A program made the translations under genes and the position numbers. This document shows positions 11,924 to 24,107 of a stretch of 64,000 nt of DNA, in pieces. The notes under the pieces are model-generated. The model did not search any database. It was not told the origin of the DNA and saw only the letters and a program-made list of their open reading frames with translations. Numbering within the stretch: position 1 is the first letter of the stretch; each line of letters starts with the position of its first letter. Origin of the DNA: Leucoraja ocellata (taxonomy: Eukaryota); contig JAWMAR010000049.1 of the NCBI GenBank assembly GCA_036785375.1, positions 1,674,001-1,738,000 of the forward strand, given 5' to 3'.

Positions 11924-12849
11924 GTACTCAGCTGCAGGCTCACTTCTTGCAAATTAATATTTATTGAGCTGATAATGTAGGAGCGATGACAACTATTGTC
12001 AGGACAATACAAAACTGTACACAGCAGAGCTTATCGTCAAAGACTATTTGAAATGTAGAAGTTAAGCCAAAGTTGCCAGGTGGTGACAGTTTAATTCTTG
12101 CAACGATGATATCACATTGTTTTTTCAAAGTGAGAAGAGAGAGACTTGAGGGGCAACTTTTTCCACAAAGAGTGGTGTGTGTATGGAATGAGCTGCCAGA
12201 GGACATACCAACAGGTACATGGAAAGGAAAACTGTAGAGGGGTCCCGACCCAAAACATCACTTATCCATGTCCTCCAGAGATGCTGCCTGACCACGCGCC
12301 GAGTTATTCCAGCACTTGGTCTCAGTTTTAGAGGGATGTGGACCAAATACAGAACTAGCTTAATTGAGCTATATTGGTCAGTATGGACGAACTGAGCCGA
12401 GGGTCTGCTTCTATGTTGTACCACACTAAAGTGTTTTATAAACCATATCCGTTGCAAGTCCTTTACTAAAGTTTAAGCAAAAAGAACATCAGAACAATGC
12501 TGATAATGTCGATACAGCTGCCCTTGCAACTCAAGCCTTCTCAGCAAGATTGAAAAAGAGAAAAACATTGCAGACTATTCCAGAAATAAAACCTTTCTCA
12601 ATCACAACGACAGTAGGCAAGAGAAATGCCATGCCATTTCCCAAACAAATACATAGAACTGCAATAGTTCCTTTGTAAAAAAGTTTGATTGTTGAATGGG
12701 ATATTGGTGGAGGGTTATGGACCATGTGCAGGTAGAGGAGCATGTTTAACTTGGCATCATGTGCGTGCGGCATGGAGATTGCGTGTTCCTGTATTGTACT
12801 GTTCGATGCTCAATGTTCTATGAATGGTTTCACAAGCCATGAACTTTGA

Positions 12850-13330
12850 GTCTAGTTTAGTTACGGCATTGAAACAGGCACTTCGGCCCAGAGTCCACGC
12901 CAACCAGCGATCACCCGTTCACACTAATTATCCCACTTTCTCATCCACTCCCGACACATTAGAGGAAATTTACAGAGGCAATTTAACCTGCAAACCCGCA
13001 CGTCTTTGGGATGTGGGAAGAAACCGGAGAATCTGTAGGAAACCTATGGGAATCTGTACAACTCCTTAAGGGCTTGCCCCACTTACGCGACTTACTGGCA
13101 CCCGTCATAGTCACAGCAGGTTGCCGAAAATGTTCCACATGTTGAAAATCCAGCGGCGACCAGAAAAAAGGTACGACTCTTTGGCCGACTACTCACCACC
13201 AGACAGGCTTCACCCCGCAACATGTCACGTAAGTGGAAAAGGCCATTTACAGACAGCACCCAAGATCAGGATCAAACCCAAATCTCCAGCGTTGTGAGGC
13301 AGCAGCAACTCTACCAGCTGCACCACTGTG
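12850..13330 (-). mobile_element. HE1-like V-SINE interrupted by a Harbinger MITE
   Basis: The SINE sequence acaactcc(tta)cagacagcacc is split by the 13069-13246 insertion. Confidence 0.8.
13069..13246. mobile_element. PIF/Harbinger MITE (internally deleted)
   Basis: agggcttgccccactta … taagtggaaaaggccat TIRs, 3-bp TTA TSD. Same family as 23346-24107. Confidence 0.8.
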
Positions 13331-14152
13331 CTACACTATAACATCACAATACAAGCAACATTTGAAATCTTTGACAAATGAAAGTTATATGGTCAAGGAA
13401 TGAGCAGATTTAGGCCATTCGGCCCATCAAGTCTACGCCGCCATTCAATCATCCATGATATATCTCTCCCTCCTAACCCCCATTCTCCTGCCTTCTCCCC
13501 GTAACCTCTGACACCCGCATTAATCAAGTTGCGATGTCAATTCCAAAATATAAACCACTACAAAATGTAACTGACTACAAAGCACAGTTAGTTGCAAGCT
13601 TTGATCTGACCCCAGGTTTCAGTTCCTTCCAACATTGGAAACTACAGAGATCTTCCACATGTACTATTTCAAAACATATTTGTGCTCTCCAAAATACATT
13701 GCAGCAAACAATGGCAACAGTTCTTACAGTGGTGCCCAAGAGTAATGACACTGGCTCCTTGTGTCAAATTATTAATAGCAGTCAAGATCAAAGAAAATAA
13801 AATTGGTCAATCTGGCTGACCTAGAGTAGGTTTAAAATAAAAGGAATGTGATCTGTACTGGACACTTTTTATTCCTTTCCTCCTACATAAAATGCACCGT
13901 AATAAATTGCAGTCACATTCTTTTAGAAGGCTCTCTCACTCTCAGTAAAGGAATACACCCTCCCACCCAAAACCAAACTGATTGAGTACAGATTTAAAAT
14001 TAAATTCCCCTTCACCAAAAGGGAGTTCGCTATTCTGTTTGCCGTTTTAAACACAATTAAATCATTCCACAATATTCTGAACAAGGGAATCCACACGGAA
14101 CAAAGCGAGGTGCATCGATATGCAAGAAAAACTAAACGGGAGTCAATGATTA

Positions 14153-14236
14153 GTGATGTACAGCACTTTGTTGCAGCTATGTTTGTTTTTAAAGTGCTCT
14201 ATAAATAAAATTATTATTATTATTATTATTATTATT
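14153..14236 (+). mobile_element. L2-like LINE 3' end with (TAT)n tail
   Basis: gtacagcactttg…aaagtgctctataaataaa followed by (tat)n. Confidence 0.6.
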
Positions 14237-14476
14237 ACATTGTCAAGAGTTAAGAGTGTTTTATTGTTGTATGTATTGAAGCAGAACAGTGGATTTCTGA
14301 ATTACAGCAGCACAACAGTTCTGTAAAGATAGTACACTGCAAACACCATATTAAACAACCTGGTATCCACTAGATTCTGATCATTAAAAATTGTGCTGAC
14401 CATAAAAAGCCTAATAGATGGGAAGATGGTTAATGGAGAACTTCTACCATACTTAAACATCAGACATTTCCTAACT

Positions 14477-14910
14477 GAAGATAGACACAAAATGCTGGGT
14501 AATTTAGAACGGAGACGAGGAAACACTTTTTCTCACGGAGAGTGGTGAGTCTGTGGAATTCTCTGCCTCAGACGGCGGTGGAGGCGGGTTCTCTGGATGG
14601 TTTCAAGAGAGAGCTAGATAGGGCTCTTAAAGAGAGCGGAGTCAGGGGATATGGGGAGAAGGCAGGAACGGGGTACTGATTGTGGATGATCAGCCATGAT
14701 CACATTGAATGGCGGTGCTGGCTCGAAGGGCCGAATGGCCTACTCCTGCATCTGTTGTCCATTGTCTAATTCAGAGGAACAGGCATCACTATTCATGAAC
14801 AGGCTGTCTACTCCTTCTATCCAGAGATGCTGAGTCTCTAACAGAGATGTTGAGTTACTCCAGCATTTTGTGTCTATCTTTAGTGTAACCAGCACCTGCA
14901 GTTTCTTCCT
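14477..14910. mobile_element. Penelope hairpin element with nested CR1 3' end (~14505-14767)
   Basis: PLE arm gctgggtaatt is interrupted and resumes taattcagagg. The insert is a CR1 3' UTR. Confidence 0.7.
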
Positions 14911-15131
14911 AACCATTTTCTGACAACTGGAATGAACAGCACTCGTCGATATGGTGCAGGTGGGGTCTCCAAGGTGAGAGGATTGGTGAGGAGGATACAG
15001 ACAAGATTATGCCTGTTCCCAGGTGATTCCACTACGAGAGTATACAAGCAAGTGTGTCTGTATGTGTACGTCCATGCACAACAGTTTGGGCTGCAGTCAT
15101 ACCGGGCTTCCTCACCTCTCGTCTCAAGATG

Positions 15132-15259
15132 TTTAAGAAAGAACCGCAGATGCTGGAAAAATCGAAGGTCGACAAAAATGCTGGAGAAACTCAGCGGGTG
15201 AGGAAGATCTATGATGATGCCTCACCCGCTGTTTCTCCAGCATTTCTGTCTACCTTCTA
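15132..15259. mobile_element. Penelope-derived hairpin mini-element with collapsed loop
   Basis: TSD gtctcaagatg at 15121-15131 and 15260-15270. Confidence 0.85.
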
Positions 15260-15629
15260 GTCTCAAGATGGTGGTTTTTAGTGTGTAATGGCCACTCCAT
15301 TTTACCAGAAGTCACACACAGAGACATCTTCAACTCCTCAGAAAATACATTAACAACAGCAGCAGCTACATGCAGACTTTACCACATTGTTTTGGTCACA
15401 CTTGCATGTTAATCAGTAAGCTGCCTACCACACCCCATTTCACACGTTTAACCACTGAAGATAAGTGTGCTGAGAGGACACTGCACAACAAACAAAACCT
15501 TGAAGGAAGAATGACAAAGAATACTGTAATAAATACAAACATTAATTTCTTCTACTTAATGCCTCATAGCACTAAAATGATCAAATTCTCTGAAGCAGAA
15601 TTGTCTATTTTCATAGTGCAAAGTCGTAC

Positions 15630-16600
15630 GGTCATAAGGAATAGGAGTAGAATTAGGCCATTTGGCCCATCAAGACTACTATGCCATTCAATCATGGCTG
15701 ATCTATCTCGCCCTCCTAACCCCATTTGCCCCATTAGACACCAGTACTAATCAAGAATCTATCCATCTCTGCTTTAAATATATCCACTGACTTGGCCTCC
15801 ACAGCCTTCTGTAGCAAAGGATTCCACAGATTCACCACCTTCTGACCATAGGAATTTCTCATCATCTCCTTCCTAGAAGAACGCCCTTTAATACTGAGGC
15901 TATGACCTAGACTCTCCCACTAATGGAACCATCATCTCCACATCCACTCTATCCAAGCCTTTCACTATTCTGTATGTTTCAATGAGGTCCCCCCTCATTC
16001 TTCTAAACTAGCAAGTACAGGCCCAGTGCCTACATATTCCTGGGATCATTCTTGTAAACCTCCTCTGGACCCTCTCCAGAAACAGCACATCCTTAAACAG
16101 GTATGGGGTCCAAAATTGCTCACAATATTCCGAATGCGGAAGATAGACAAAAATGCTGGAGAAACTCAGCGGGTGAGACAGCATCTATGGAGCGAAGAAA
16201 ATAGGTAATGTTTCGGGTCGAAACAGACATTATTCCAAATGTGGCCTTATAGATCCTCAACATTACATCCCTGTTTTTGTATACATGCCCTCTTGAAATA
16301 AATGCTAGCAGTTACAATAGACAATGGACAATAGGTGCAGGAGTAGGCCAATAAGCCCTTCGAGCCAGCACCACCATTCAATGTGATCATGGCTGATCAT
16401 CCCCAATCGGTACCCCGTTCCTGCCTTCTCCCCATATCCCCTGACTCCGCTATTTTTAAGAGCCCTATCTAGCTCTCTCTTGAAAGCATCCAGAGAACCT
16501 GCCTCCACCGCCCTCTGAGGCAGAGAATTCCACAGACTCACCATTCTCTGTGAGAAAAAGTGTTTCCTTGTCTCCATTCTAAATGGCTTACTCCTTATTC
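15630..16600 (-). mobile_element. CR1 fragments with nested PLE fragment (~16140-16225)
   Basis: CR1 3' end and ORF2 C-terminus on the minus strand (RKHFFSQRMVSLWNSLP…DAFKRELD). PLE insert flanked by tattcc(g/a)aatg(c/t)gg. Confidence 0.8.
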
Positions 16601-16875
16601 CTTACTCCTTATTTAGTTTGCTTTCTTCCAATGGAATTGTCTGGGAAATGAATTATTTATCTTGTCAGAACAAATTAAGAAAGAATTTGATTCTGGACAC
16701 TTGCCTGAACCATTTGATGAATATGGAGACAGAGAGAAAACAAGCATATGGTAATATCTAAGACTTGATTACTAATATGGAAGTCATTCAATTGCAACTA
16801 TTCACAGGACACAGCCTCAAAGGTGAAAGTTTACTACCAATCCACCTTGAGGTGGAGACCACCACTTTGAACTTT

Positions 16876-17115
16876 GATTAGTTTAGAGATGCAGTGCAGA
16901 AACAGGCCCTTCGGCCCATGCCGATCAGCGATCACCCTATCCAGTGACACTATCCTACACACGAGGGAAAATTTACAATTAATCAGCCTACAAACCTGTA
17001 TGTCTTTAGAGTATCATGGGGAGAACGTACAAAGTCCGTACAGAGAGCATCTGTAGTCAGAATCAAACCCGGGTCTCTGGCGCCGTAAGGCAGCAGCTCT
17101 AGGCACCACCGTGCT
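16876..17115 (-). mobile_element. HE1-like V-SINE
   Basis: Homology to the other copies. Confidence 0.75.
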
Positions 17116-18087
17116 GGCCAGCAGCCATACATGTGGTCAAGGCATTCCCTCAATGTATCGACAAATTAGTTCGTTACCAGGCAGTGCAAGGTCAAATATA
17201 TTGATTTACTTTGGAATCCAACAGGCCACAGTGGAGAGCATAGACTTGCTTGTGCAAGAAGGAAGGCACTGGTGAACTATTGCCCATTTCATACAGCAAG
17301 CAAGTGCCCACATAGCCACAGGATGTCTGCTATTGTACTGGTTATGATGCTAGAATCATGATTCAGATACACATCCTGCTGGTTCACAGACTGGTTGCAA
17401 TTCCACCAGAACAACAACAGGAAATTTAAATTCAGCTAAATTTATCAATCTGGAATAAAAAGCTCGCAACCAGGAAGCCAGCAGTTGAATTCCGTGGAAT
17501 ATTTATCAATTATATATATTGGATTATCAGTTCATTTTAATGCTGTTTCCTAAGACTTGTCTGAATAGCAATTTTTCATTTCAAATGTTTAACAAATATA
17601 CAGGAATTTAAATATAATGTACACAAAGTATATGTACAACAATCACAAGAACTATGTCTGCCATGAGAGCATTTTGGGTTGTCAAAATATTGTTTACTGC
17701 CTAGAAAGAAAAGCCACATGAATGAAAATAAACTGTAAGGGAAGTTCATAAATTCAACTTAAAAAGCACAGCTTTCAATCCAGACTGTGCTGAACCTTGT
17801 CAAGATGCCCTTGGGTTGTAATGATTGGTGGTTTTGCTTCTGGAAGAAATGCTGCTGCTCTTTCCATTTGACTTATTGAACAGCGTGTGGTTGTTACAGT
17901 GAACCAAGCAAGAAACTGCACTTCCAAAACAGCACCATTTCTGAATTGTTCAGACATTCTCTCTCTTACCTTCTCTCTCGCTCTCTCTCCCTCTCAAATT
18001 CATTTTGTTGTACATACAGTTTACCTTAAGAAAATTATGTTTGCAGATTAGGTAAAGTGATGAGCGTGACTGTGACTCTAAATCAAA

Positions 18088-18325
18088 TGTTTAAGAAGGA
18101 ACTGCAGATGCTGGAAAAATCAGAGTTAGACAAAAATGCTGGAGAAACTCAGCGGGTGAGGCAGCATCTATGGAGCGAAGGAATAGGTGACGTTTCGGGT
18201 CGAGACCAAAAAACCACCATCTTGAGATGAGAAGGTAGACAAAAATGCTGGAGAAACTCAGTGGGCGAGGCAGCATCTACGATGCTGCCTCGCCCGCTGA
18301 GTTTCTCCAGCATTTTTGTCTACCT
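18088..18325. mobile_element. Composite Penelope mini-element carrying a copy of the 15.2-kb locus
   Basis: pLTR fragment, then 19 nt of the 15.2-kb flank, then a hairpin. Flank duplication tgactctaaat (18073, 18327). Confidence 0.85.
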
Positions 18326-18715
18326 ATGACTCTAAATAAGACTCTTTTGGTCTATCTCAAAGCACCAATGAGGCTTTGCAGCGGGTTCAATCCTGACCTT
18401 GGGTGCTGGCTTGTGGAGTTTGCATGTTCTCACTTGTGACTGCATAGGTTTCCTCCCACATCCCAAAGATGTGCAGTTAATCGGCCCTCTGTAAATTGCC
18501 CCTCGTGTGTGGGAATGGATGAGAAAGTGGGATAACATAGAAGTAGAGTGCGAGCAGGTGCCCGAAGGTCGCCGTGAACTCGATAGGCCGAAGGACCCAC
18601 TTCCATGCTGTATCTCTAAATTAAATGAAATGAATTAGTTTAATTGTAATTATTTGTGTATAAAATCACGAGAGGAATAGATTGGGTAGACACAGAGTCT
18701 CTTGGCCAGAGTAGG

Positions 18716-19010
18716 GCAGTACGTCGGCGCAGCGGTAGAGTTGCTGCCTTACAGCGCTAGAGACCCGGGTTCAATCCCGACTAAGGGTGCTGTCTGTAAG
18801 GAGTTTGTACGTTCTCCTCGTGACCCGAGTGGGTTTTCGCCGAGATGTTCGGTTTCCTCCCACACTCTTAAGACGTGCAGGCTTGTAGGTTAATTGGCTT
18901 AGTGCATGTAAAAACAAATATTGTCCCTAGTGGGTGTACGATTAGTGTTAATTTGCAGGGACCTGATGGGCCAAAGGGTCTGTCTCTGCACTGCATCTCT
19001 AAACTAAACT
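18716..19010 (+). mobile_element. HE1-like V-SINE inserted in a CR1 fragment
   Basis: SINE head and body. CR1 sequence on both sides (~18655-18715 and ~19015-19505). Confidence 0.75.
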
Positions 19011-19170
19011 GAAGTAGGTGAATGAGGGACCAGACGACATAGGTTTAAGGTGAAATGGGAACAATGTTTTCCACACAAAGGGTGGTGGGTGTATGGAACG
19101 AGCTGCCAGATGAGGTAGTTGAGGCTGGGATTATCTCAACGTTTAAGAACTGGTTAGACAGGTACATGGA

Positions 19171-19387
19171 CTGTAAACGCCTATCTCACCAGGGACTAAC
19201 TCTACTGAACGTTTTTCCTTCTATTATTTATTGTGTAAAAGAATATGTGTGTTATGATTGTGTTTATAATTTGTTTGGTTGTTTTGTTGTTTGTCTTTTG
19301 CACAAAAGTCCGCGAGCATTGCCACTTTCATTTCACTGCACATCTCGTATGTGTATGTGACAAATAAACTTGACTTGACTTGACTTG
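19171..19387 (+). mobile_element. Rex1/Babar-like 3' end nested in CR1
   Basis: (cttga)n tail. CR1 acatgga|taggacagg is split with tgga duplicated. Confidence 0.7.
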
Positions 19388-19964
19388 GATAGGACAGGTT
19401 TGGAGGGATATGGACCAAATGCGGGCAGGTGGGACTAGTGTAGCTGGGACATGTTGGCCGGTGTAGCAAGTTGGGCCAAAGGGCCTTTTCCCACACTGTA
19501 TCACTCTGACGCTAATTCATTGCATTGTTAAGTGTACCTATTTAATCTTCACTTTCATTTATTTAAAAAAATCTAATCGCCATTGTACAAGAGCTTGTTA
19601 AAGGCAGCCATTATTAACAATTTCACAATGATGCTTTCAGCTTTATTGTGCTACATGATTAAATGAGAGCAGCCTCTTTAATCTCATTGAAACACATCCG
19701 TATTCATTCTACTCACCCGTTTCTAAGCAGACGTTTGTTAAATTTGTGTGTCAGAGTTATCTGGTGATTACACTTGCAGATGCAAGTGTACCAGGTGTCT
19801 GGAGGGCATGCACAGGGAGTACAGAAACCTTGTGTACCATCACTCCCCTCCCTCCCTCCCAGCCACACTGGCACCTCTTGCCCCTCTTGCAGTAGGTAGG
19901 GGCTGCAGTTGTCACTTTGGCCTCATTAGTCACCACAGAGCCCTCACAACCAACGATGAATGAG

Positions 19965-20450
19965 TAGGAAGGAACTGCAGATACTGGTTTAAACCGTAGA
20001 CACAAAAAGCTGGAGTAACTCAGCAGGTCAGACAGCATCTCTGGAGAAAATAGATGACGTTTCGGGTCGAGACCCTTCTTTAGACTGAGGGCCAGGGGGA
20101 AGGGAAACGAGAGACATAGACGGTGATGCAAGAGAGATTTAGAACAAATGAATGAAAGATATGCAAAAAAGTAACCATGATAAAGGAACCAGGCCATTGT
20201 TAGCTGTGGGCGAGGTGAGAACTGCTGTAGCAGTAGAGGTGCTGCCTTATAGTGCCAGAGACCTGGGTTCAAATCCTAACTGAGGGTGCTACCTGTGTGT
20301 AGTTTGTACCTTCTCCCTGTGACCACATGGGTTTTACCAGGTGCTCGGGTTTCCTTTGACACTCCACATGCTAAATTGTGCCGAGTGTGTAGGGTAAGGT
20401 TGCTGGTTGGCGTGGACTCGGTGGGCCGAAGGTTCTCTATCTCGAAAGTC
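19965..20450. mobile_element. Penelope pLTR (minus) followed by V-SINE (plus)
   Basis: PLE 3' end with a mutated hammerhead at 20056-20083. SINE from ~20222. Confidence 0.7.
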
Positions 20451-20780
20451 TAATATAATTCAAATGTATTCAAAAGATAATTTCAGTAATCACAGGGATG
20501 CTACACTTGGCCACACTTCCCATGAATATGGAAAAGGAGGAAAAATAAATATAAAAATAAAGGAGGTCAAAAAAACAGGCAGGTTGCACTATATAGTGAA
20601 ACATTCAAACTTCATTACAAGAACACAGCAGCACGTGACAATAGACTCCTGGGATTGAACAGTTAGCTGTACGACACTTGGACTTGAGTAAAGTGCAAGA
20701 TATTGGAGTATAGATTTGAATCATTTTTCTCAAACTGGAAAATTTCACAGTAATGGGTTCAAGAGCAAGTCCAGTTTGTC

Positions 20781-21085
20781 CTGGGCCTCCTCCTTTGTCA
20801 GAGTGAGGCCCAGCGCAAATTGGAGGAACAGCACCTCATATTTTGCTTGGGTAGCTTACACCCCAACAGTATGAACATTGACTTGTCTAACTTCAAATAG
20901 GCCTTGCTTTCCCTCTCTCCATCCCCTCCCCCTTCCCAGTTCTCCCACCAGTCTTACTGTCTCCGACTACTTTCTATCTTTGTCCCTGACATCAGTCTGA
21001 AGAAGGGTCTTGACCCGAAACGTCGCCCATTCCTTCTCTCCAGAGATGTTGCCCGCCCAGCTGAGTTACTCCAGCGTTTTGTGTC
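20781..21085 (+). mobile_element. Penelope-like element 3' end with hammerhead at 20997-21024
   Basis: EAQRKLEEQHLIF C-terminus, then CTGAAGAAGGGTCTTGACCCGAAACGTC. Confidence 0.85.
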
Positions 21086-21858
21086 AAATTTGAGGTTTGC
21101 TTTGTCAAATGATACATCAGGTAAATGATGAATGAACACAATTATGCCAGCTGCTGAAAATCACAAGATTCCTATTCCTGGATTTTCATCACCAAGAAAT
21201 ACAAGAATGTTGGAGCTAATGTTGCAGAGGCCAGACAACTAGGACATTGCTCTGGGCACAAATGTTCCAGACACACTGAAGTAAACTGTTTCACTCCTTG
21301 TTATTTTAGTAACTTGTACATGGGAACAGTCTATAAAAAGCAGTCCCCTATTTATCATGTCCCATTTAACTAGTTCAAACTGTGTTGGCAATTTACATGC
21401 AAGCAGGTCGACTTGCACTTCAGTCCGTCCATTGGTATATTCTGTGCCCATCAAGAGCAGGCCGACTATATTTAGTTCTAGTGTTCAAACTGGATTTCCA
21501 TCGCAGTGGTGAACAGTCTTGTGTCCCAAAGACAATTTGTCCTAGGAATAGTAATAATGAAATAAACTCTTGACACATTTCTGATACAATCATTGAACCC
21601 TTTCAAACATTACTTTTCTAGGAAGCCGATAAGAACATGACTAGAATAACGATGGTTCAGCAGGCGTATGTTTGCTCCAAAATACAGTGCACAACTTGCA
21701 TTTCTCCATAGAATATTGATGTCCGCAATCCCCTTCACATCAGTCTATGGTAACTATAGAAAATTCAAACTAGCACCTACTCCCTGCATTCTAATTATTT
21801 TTCGGTGTATGTGCGACCGTGTCAAATTTTAGTCCATAGCGTTAACTCTTGGTAAAAC

Positions 21859-22370
21859 ACAGAGTGCTGGAGTAACTCAGCGGGTCAGGCAGCATCTATG
21901 GAGAACATGGATAGGTGACGTTTCACAGAGTGCTGGAGTAACTCAGCGGGTCAGGCAGCATCTGTGGAGAACATGGATAGGTGACGTTTCACAGAGTGCT
22001 GGAGTAACTCAGCGGGTCAGGCAGCATCTATGGAGCTAAGGAAATAGGCAACGTTGCCTATTTCCAGAAGGATTTCGGCCCGAAAAGTTGCCTATTTCCT
22101 TAGCTCCATAGATGCTGCTGCACCATAACTCAGCGGATCAGGCAGCATCTGTGGAGAACATGGATAGGTGACGTTTCACAGAGTGCTGGAGTAACTCAGC
22201 GGGTCAGGCAGCATCTCTGGAGAATATGGATAGGTGACATTTCAGGTCGAGACCCTTCGGAACCCATCCCAACCCAAAACATGGACTATTAATGTCCTGC
22301 AAAGAAGCCGCCTGAGTTACTCCAGCACTTTGCGTTTGGCTCAGGATTACAGTACCTGCAGTTCCTTGCC
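21859..22370. repeat. 66-bp tandem array derived from PLE pLTR, with a nested hairpin of another PLE subfamily
   Basis: Unit acagagtgctggagtaactc…gtgacgtttc starts at 21859, 21925, 21991 and 22177. Confidence 0.85.
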
Positions 22371-23345
22371 ATTTGGGAATTTTTGGCAGAGAGTTTGACT
22401 TTTTCATTGTGGGGTAGGTGGTCCAACTTTGCCAAATATCATTCTCAAAAATGCATAGATCCCCGAAAGGATTGACGGAAAAGTTAGCCTATTTCACTCA
22501 CAATCCCAGCCAAGATCCACAGTGAATGGAATGGGATTGCTCTCAATTTTAAAATGACAGGAAAGTTGCTACACACATAATGTAGAGTTTTAACGGATGC
22601 AGAACAGTCCAGCACAGGAATTAATCCCACACAAGCAGAGAGCTGAAGAAAACATTCCATCTCACCGGCAATTTACTAAAGGATATGCTGAAATTGACCT
22701 TGTTTGTGACATTAGTCCGCCCAATCTGGCCTCCATTTGGAGACCAGAACTGAGTAATGGCTTCAAACGACATGCCGGGGAAGTTTGGGAAGACTAGCAA
22801 GCATCCAAGTGTAGCTTAGTTCAAAGCTGCTGTTATTCTTATTTGGCAGTAGTTGCAAATGTCAAACGTCTGACTTTCCTGTATCATTGAAGATATTTAC
22901 AACTAACTCATCAATTGGCTTAAATGAATTGTTTATGCATACATCCTTCCATTATCAAAGTTAAACTTCAATCGTATAGGCATTCCCCACAAGATTCTTT
23001 GTTATAAAAATGTATAACCCCTGCCATTAATTGCAACTTGAAAAAAGCCAATGCATAAAATATGTTGTCATAAACAGTACAGCAGAGCAGAAGGAATGCC
23101 GTCAATATTCACCGTACAAAGGGATCAAAGCACAGCACAGTTAATTTAATGATTAAATACGTTTTGCCTGGATCACCTCTCATATCTAGTGGCACTGCAA
23201 ACTAATAGACTTCCCTACGATAAAGGAATCTGCACTCAAGAACAAAAAACAAACCCAATAGAAACTAATCTTAGAGACGCGTGACGTTGATAAATGAGTT
23301 TTCCTTTCACTTGCACCACATCACTCCAGTAAAAAGGGACTGCAA

Positions 23346-24107
23346 AGGGCCTGTCCCACTTACGCGATTGTTTCGGGGACTTGCCGGCACCCATCATGGT
23401 CGCAAACAGGCCGCAGGAAATTTTCAACATGCTGAAAATCCAGCGGCGACCAGAAAAAGGAACGACTCTTTGGGCGACTACTCAACACCAAACAGGCGTC
23501 ACCCCGCGACTGCGACTGCGGGGTGACGCCTGTTTGGTGGTGAGTAGTCGCCCAAAGAGTCGTTCCTTTTTCTGGCCGTCGCTGGATTTTCAACATGTTG
23601 AAAATTTTCGGCAACTTACTGCGACAATGACGGGTGCCGGCAGCTCGCCGAAAAAAAATCACAATAAGTTAGGTCTTTATTCTCTGGAGCGCAGAAGGTT
23701 AAGGGGGGACCTGATAGAGGTCTTTAAAATGATGAGAGGGATAGACAGAGTTGATGTGGACAAGCTTTTCCCTTTGAGAATAGGGAAGATTCAAACAAGA
23801 GGACATGACTTCAGAATTAAGGGACAGAAGTTTAGGGGTAATATGAGGGGGAACTTCTTTACGCAGAGAGTGGTGGCGGTGTGGAATGAGCTCCCAGTGG
23901 AAGTGGTGGAGGCAGGTTCATTAGTATCATTTAAAAATAAATTGGATAGGCATATGGATGAGAAGGGAATGGAGGGTTATGGTACGAATGCAGGCAGGTG
24001 GGACTAAGGGGAAAAAATTTGTTCGGCATGGACTTGTAGGGCCGAGATGGCCTGTTTCCGTGCTGTAATTGTTATATGGTTATATGGTTATAAGTGGGAC
24101 AGGCCCT
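23346..24107. mobile_element. Palindromic PIF/Harbinger MITE split by a CR1 insertion
   Basis: TIRs agggcctgtcccactta / taagtgggacaggccct. About 160-bp arms around a centre near 23510. Confidence 0.85.
23670..24089 (+). mobile_element. Young CR1 (HER1-like) 3' fragment
   Basis: Uninterrupted LGLYSLERRRLRGDLIEVFK…TRGH…FFTQRVVAVWNELP. (atatggtt)n tail. ataagt at both junctions. Confidence 0.92.

Noticed and set aside
17775-18000. 60-aa ORF or extra ssh2 exon near donor-like AAG|gtaaga at ~17970
   Set aside because: Lies by a CT-rich simple repeat; no SSH homology or compatible frame.
21859-22250. CRISPR-like array
   Set aside because: Eukaryotic context; contiguous tandem units with no unique spacers.
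23381-24007. 208-aa ORF as a novel protein
   Set aside because: Chance fusion of a palindromic MITE and a CR1 ORF2 tail.
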